Shown: positions 60,098 to 64,000 of the stretch, one piece after another
Layout: each line of letters opens with the position of its first letter
Numbering within the stretch: position 1 is the first letter of the stretch
DNA from: Alphaproteobacteria bacterium
GTDB taxonomy: Bacteria; Pseudomonadota; Alphaproteobacteria; UBA828
Direction of reading: 5' to 3'
Assembly (NCBI GenBank): GCA_963667785.2
Contig: CAXXMU010000006.1
Coordinates: 1,056,001-1,120,000, forward strand
DNA length: 64,000 bases
Notes under the pieces: model-generated
What the model was told of the DNA's origin: nothing
The model's input: only the letters and a program-made list of their open reading frames with translations
Databases searched by the model: none
Translations under genes and position numbers: made by a program

Positions 60098-62085
60098 GCG
60101 ATTCCTCCTTCTGCCGTGAGGTGCGATGGCATCGGCTTGAACTGGCAGCCGTCGACGAAGAGGTCAAAGAAGTCCGGCGTGGTCTCCAGCTCGATGTGCT
60201 CGATGGCCTGGACCTCGCGCTCGAGCGCCCGGCGCCGGGTGCGGGAGAGCAGGATCGTACGCGCCCCCCGCGCCGCCGCGTTGCCGGCCTTGACGACGCG
60301 ATCTTCCGGCACCGGCGCCAGCAGGCCGATGGAGACCGCGTTGCGGACGTTCACGTAGTTGGCGAAGCCGCCGGCGAGATAGAGCCGCTCGATCCCGGCG
60401 GGATCCACGCCGAGCGCACGCATGACGATCACCTGGCCGCAATAGTTGGCGGCCTTGGCCTGGCCGAGGTTGCTGGCGTCCTCCTTGGAGAAGGTGATCC
60501 CGTATTCCGGCACCACCATCGTTTCCTTCTGCTTGCGGTCGGCGGCGAAGACGCCCTTGGCGGTGAGCGTCCCGCTCCGCCTGAGCTCCGCCAGCAGGTC
60601 GATCAGGCCGGAGCCGCAGAGGCCGGCCGGCGCTGTGCCGCCGATGGTTTCCCAGGCGAAGTCGCCGTCGGACCTGAGGCGAACGGTCTCGATCGCGCCG
60701 TCCGCAGCCGGCATGCCGTAGCGCACCAGTCCGCCTTCGAAGGCGGGCCCCGCCGGGCAGGAGGCTGCGAGCAGGCGCCCCTGGTGCTTGAGCACGACCT
60801 CCGTGTTGGTGCCCATGTCGACGAGCATGGCGGTGTCCGCTTCCGCGAAACCCTTCTCCAGCGCCACCAGGGCGGCGGCGGCATCGCCGCCCACATGGCT
60901 CGCGACCAGCGGCAGCCCATAGACCCGCGCCGCCCGGTTGGCGCGCAGGCCCAGCCTGAGCGCTCGGGCCGAGAGCGCGGTATCCGGTCGTTCGCCGGCG
61001 AGGAAGGCATGCTCGACCGAGGACTTGTAGGGTTTCTGGCCGATGCCCTGGACATCGAGCTTGAACAGGATGTCGCGCATGGTGGGGTTCGCCGCCACCA
61101 CGATCTCGTAGATCGCCTGCCGGCTCGTGCCGAGTCGAGCGCAGCCGTCCATGACGGCGCGGTTGATGGCGGACGCGGCGGCCTTCTGCAGCTCCTTCGC
61201 CGGGTCATCGCGGTCGTAGGAGATGCGGTGCATCACGTCGCTGCCGCCGAAGGCCTGCGGGTTCTCGAAGGCGGCGCCGTGCACGCTATCGCCGGTCTCC
61301 AGGTCGATGAAATCGAGCACCACGGTGGTGGTGCCGAGATCGACCGCGAGCCCGAGCATGCGCCCGCGATAGCGGTCGACCACCTCGCCGTCGTAGAGCA
61401 CGTCCTCGCCCTGTCGGGTGACGACAGGATCGAACGCGTCCGGTGCGCCGGCCGCCACGTGGGCGCGGGTCAAGATGCGCGCACGCCGGCGGAGCGGCGC
61501 GAACGACACGTCGATTTCGTCGCGCTCGATCACCGCCTGGCAGGCGAGACGGTAGGGCGCGCGCAGGAAGCCTTCCGCCTCGGTGCGGGCAGAGAGCGCG
61601 GCGTCGCCCGCACGCACCTCGACCACGCATTCATGGCAGCGGCCGTTGCGCTGGCACGACGTCGGCACCTCGACCGCGAGCTCGTCGGCACAGTCGAACA
61701 GCGTCATGCCGATGGCGAGCGGCTGCGACTTGCCGTCGTGGGAGACCGTGCCCGGACCGGTCGGATGGGCGCGGCCTTCGCGCCGGGCTGCCGCGGAGCG
61801 CCTGATCACGCCGAGCTTCGCTTTCGCGCGCTCGCGGGCGGCGGGGTCGGTCTCCCACGCCAGGCTGTAGTCGAAGGTGCCGTCATGGCCGCAGGTCGCG
61901 GGTTCGCCCGCAGTCTCGGCGGGGAGCTGGTTGCCGCAGGAGAAGGCGGCGGTGCAGCGGTCGCGCGCATCGCGATAGGGGCAGCGGTTCGTGGCCTGCT
62001 CGTCGGCGTGGCTCACGATGTCCGCGAAGATCTCGGTGAGCCGGTCGAGGCGCTTCTGATAATCCTCTCGGCTGATCTTGCTCAA
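60094..62085 (-). CDS. ASKHA-domain reductive activator of corrinoid proteins (RACo/RamA-like) with [2Fe-2S] domain
   Basis: SCQRNGRCHEC..RLACQ, AVDLGTTT, DMGTNTE, AGPAFEG, GLCGSG, LAGGF, GNAA; TTG start. Confidence 0.9.
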   Translation of the reverse strand: MSKISREDYQKRLDRLTEIFADIVSHADEQATNRCPYRDARDRCTAAFSCGNQLPAETAGEPATCGHDGTFDYSLAWETDPAARERAKAKLGVIRRSAAARREGRAHPTGPGTVSHDGKSQPLAIGMTLFDCADELAVEVPTSCQRNGRCHECVVEVRAGDAALSARTEAEGFLRAPYRLACQAVIERDEIDVSFAPLRRRARILTRAHVAAGAPDAFDPVVTRQGEDVLYDGEVVDRYRGRMLGLAVDLGTTTVVLDFIDLETGDSVHGAAFENPQAFGGSDVMHRISYDRDDPAKELQKAAASAINRAVMDGCARLGTSRQAIYEIVVAANPTMRDILFKLDVQGIGQKPYKSSVEHAFLAGERPDTALSARALRLGLRANRAARVYGLPLVASHVGGDAAAALVALEKGFAEADTAMLVDMGTNTEVVLKHQGRLLAASCPAGPAFEGGLVRYGMPAADGAIETVRLRSDGDFAWETIGGTAPAGLCGSGLIDLLAELRRSGTLTAKGVFAADRKQKETMVVPEYGITFSKEDASNLGQAKAANYCGQVIVMRALGVDPAGIERLYLAGGFANYVNVRNAVSIGLLAPVPEDRVVKAGNAAARGARTILLSRTRRRALEREVQAIEHIELETTPDFFDLFVDGCQFKPMPSHLTAEGGIA

Positions 62086-62094
62086 GGGCGCCGC

Positions 62095-62844
62095 CTATCC
62101 GCGCTCTTCCATCAGCTTCTTGGCGAGCGCGACGCAGGAGAGCGCGTCCTTGCCGTAGCCATCCGCCCCCATGTCGTCGGCGAACTCCTGGGTCACGGGT
62201 GCGCCGCCCACCATCACCATCACGTCGTCGCGGATGTCGGCGTCGATCAGCGCCTCGATGGTCCTGCCCATGTTGGGCATCGTCGTCGTGAGGAGGGCCG
62301 ACATCCCCATGATCGGTGCCCCATGCTCCTCCAGGGCGGCAATGAACTCGTCCTCGGAGGTATCGACGCCGAGGTCCACCACGTCGAAGCCGGCGCCGGA
62401 CAGCATCATGATGCAGAGGTTCTTGCCGATGTCGTGGAGGTCGCCCTTGACCGTGCCCATGATGACCGTGCCGATGGGCTCGACACCGGAGGCGGACAGG
62501 ATCGGCTCGATGTGGGTCATGCCGGCCTTCATCGCCCGCGCGCAGGCCAGCACCTCAGGCACGAAGATGAAGTTCTCGCGGAACTTGATGCCGACGATCC
62601 CCATGCCGGCGATCAGCCCGTCGTCCATGATCTCCAGCGCCTCGGTGCCGTCTGCCAGCGCCTTGACGGTCAGCGCATCCACCGTGTGGTTGTCGCCTTC
62701 GATGAGCGCCGCGGCGATGTCCCGCATCTCAGGCCGCATGCGCGCGAACAGCGCGACATTGCGCTCGATCTCGTCCGGGCGTTCGAGAAACTCCTCGATC
62801 TCGTCGCGGATCACCGCATTGGCGATGTCGGAAAGCGCGGCCAT
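62095..62844 (-). CDS. Corrinoid (B12-binding) protein
   Basis: GTVKGDLHDIGKN (DxHxxG), MSALLTTTM, VGGAPVT. Confidence 0.93.
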   Translation of the reverse strand: MAALSDIANAVIRDEIEEFLERPDEIERNVALFARMRPEMRDIAAALIEGDNHTVDALTVKALADGTEALEIMDDGLIAGMGIVGIKFRENFIFVPEVLACARAMKAGMTHIEPILSASGVEPIGTVIMGTVKGDLHDIGKNLCIMMLSGAGFDVVDLGVDTSEDEFIAALEEHGAPIMGMSALLTTTMPNMGRTIEALIDADIRDDVMVMVGGAPVTQEFADDMGADGYGKDALSCVALAKKLMEERG

Positions 62845-62858
62845 GGGAACGTCAGGGA

Positions 62859-63902
62859 CTAGTGGGGACGGCCGTGCTCGGCATGCCAGTCGCGCACCGC
62901 CAGCGGAATCTCCCGCAGGTTCTCCACCGAGGTCTGGAGCGGGATGGCGCATTCCGGCCCGACCCCCTGCACGCCTGCGTCGAGGTTGGCGTAGACCTCC
63001 TTGCGCACGTCCTCCGGCCCCTTGGCGAAGAGCGTCTCGGGATTGTTGATGTTGCCGACCAGTGACACGCGGTCGTCCATCACCGCCATGGATTCGGCCG
63101 GTGCGTTCTTTGAATCGAAGTGGAAGGCGGCGATCCCGGTCTCGGCGATGTAGCCCATGCGGTCCACGGTGCGCCCGCAGATATGGAGGATGAGCGGCAC
63201 CGGCAGGCGCTCCACGAATTCGACGTGGAGGTCCCTGAGAAAGCGCTTGTAGTAATCCGCGCTTACGAGATCGCCGGTGGCGTGATCGGGGAGCGTCAGC
63301 GCGTCGGCTCCCGCCTCGATCTGCGCGAGGCCGAAGATGATCGTCGCCTCCTTCATGCGGTCGAGCGCGAGCTTGGTCTTGCCCGGATCGTCGAGCGACA
63401 TGAGCAGGAAGGGCTCGACGCCGAAGCAGTGATAGCCGAGCGTCCACGGCCCCATGGTCTTGCCGATGATCGCCACCTCGTCGCCGAACTCGCGCCGCAG
63501 CAGGCGGATCGCTTCGATCACGCAAGCCATGTCCGGATGCAGGAGGAAGTCGTTGGGGATGCGGATGTCGTCCACGTCCTCCCAGATCGGCTCGCGCATC
63601 CGCACGGTCGGCCAGTTGTCCTTCTGCTCCCACTGCATCTTGCAGCCGAGCGCCGACGATTCCTGGATGATCGAGAAGACCGGCATGATGCTGTCGAAGC
63701 CGAGCTCGGTGTAACTGGTGGCGGCGAGCCGCGCCATCAGCTCGGGGTCGCGGTTTGCGAGCGGGAAGTTGGCGTCCACCAGGTCCATCAGCTCCACGGT
63801 CGCGACCGAGGTGGGGTTGCACACGGGCGTGCGGTCCACTGGCTCGCGGTTCAGCGCCGCAAGCACGCGCTCGCGGCTGGTCATGGAGGGCACTGCCGTC
63901 AT
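62859..63902 (-). CDS. MtaA/CmuA family methyltransferase (URO-D fold)
   Basis: RERVLAAL..VDRTP, GPWT, ILHICG (HxC), VGNI, GPEC (Zn ligand). Confidence 0.9.
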   Translation of the reverse strand: MTAVPSMTSRERVLAALNREPVDRTPVCNPTSVATVELMDLVDANFPLANRDPELMARLAATSYTELGFDSIMPVFSIIQESSALGCKMQWEQKDNWPTVRMREPIWEDVDDIRIPNDFLLHPDMACVIEAIRLLRREFGDEVAIIGKTMGPWTLGYHCFGVEPFLLMSLDDPGKTKLALDRMKEATIIFGLAQIEAGADALTLPDHATGDLVSADYYKRFLRDLHVEFVERLPVPLILHICGRTVDRMGYIAETGIAAFHFDSKNAPAESMAVMDDRVSLVGNINNPETLFAKGPEDVRKEVYANLDAGVQGVGPECAIPLQTSVENLREIPLAVRDWHAEHGRPH

Positions 63903-63926
63903 CGCTCTCGCTCCCGACCCTCAGGT

Positions 63927-64000
63927 CTACTGTTGCGCGCTCGGCGCAGCCAGGATTCCCCGCGCCGCCGCGGCCTCCGCCTCGCGCATGGCAGCGCGGA
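63927..64000 (-). CDS. Probable 3' end of an upstream gene (partial, unknown)
   Basis: Open frame ..RAAMREAEAAAARGILAAPSAQQ* ending 24 bp before the methyltransferase start. Confidence 0.35.
   Translation of the reverse strand, partial: RAAMREAEAAAARGILAAPSAQQ

Noticed and set aside
60121-62862. Long antisense ORFs (913 aa here; also 44976-47672, 14970-17186, 21483-23519)
   Set aside because: Shadow frames expected at very high GC; no motifs, and they mirror well-supported genes

Overview
A very GC-rich bacterial chromosomal segment, probably alphaproteobacterial (inferred from gene families and palindromic repeat types). It is densely packed with about 58 catabolic and transport genes plus one tRNA-Arg(ACG). 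No integrase, transposase, phage gene or CRISPR array is visible. Main blocks: SLC13 permease and Lon-like protease; a DUF1214-sulfotransferase-SDR-SRPBCC-SDR run followed by a TauD gene; an acyl-CoA ligase/thiolase-like/DUF35/MFS operon; a hydantoinase/oxoprolinase A+B pair; a soluble di-iron monooxygenase of the toluene/alkene type with only subunits A-B-D-E (no Rieske ferredoxin, no reductase) downstream of an Lrp regulator, a triple-domain Rid protein and a NitT/TauT ABC importer; PuuE-like deacetylase and acetamidase; a CoxMSL-like trio whose large subunit has lost its molybdenum-cofactor segment; AmpG, creatinase and a DMT transporter; an 8 kb peptide-ABC/amidase/pyroglutamyl-peptidase module between ~300 bp direct repeats; a cupin/Gfo/amidohydrolase/flavin monooxygenase operon; a Pot-like ABC system lacking its ATPase; and a four-gene corrinoid methyl-transfer system. 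Several palindromic MITE-like elements sit at CTAG sites. The best candidate for an undescribed system is the reductase-less, importer-coupled di-iron monooxygenase cluster. All protein calls rest on motif recognition by eye; no database search was run.
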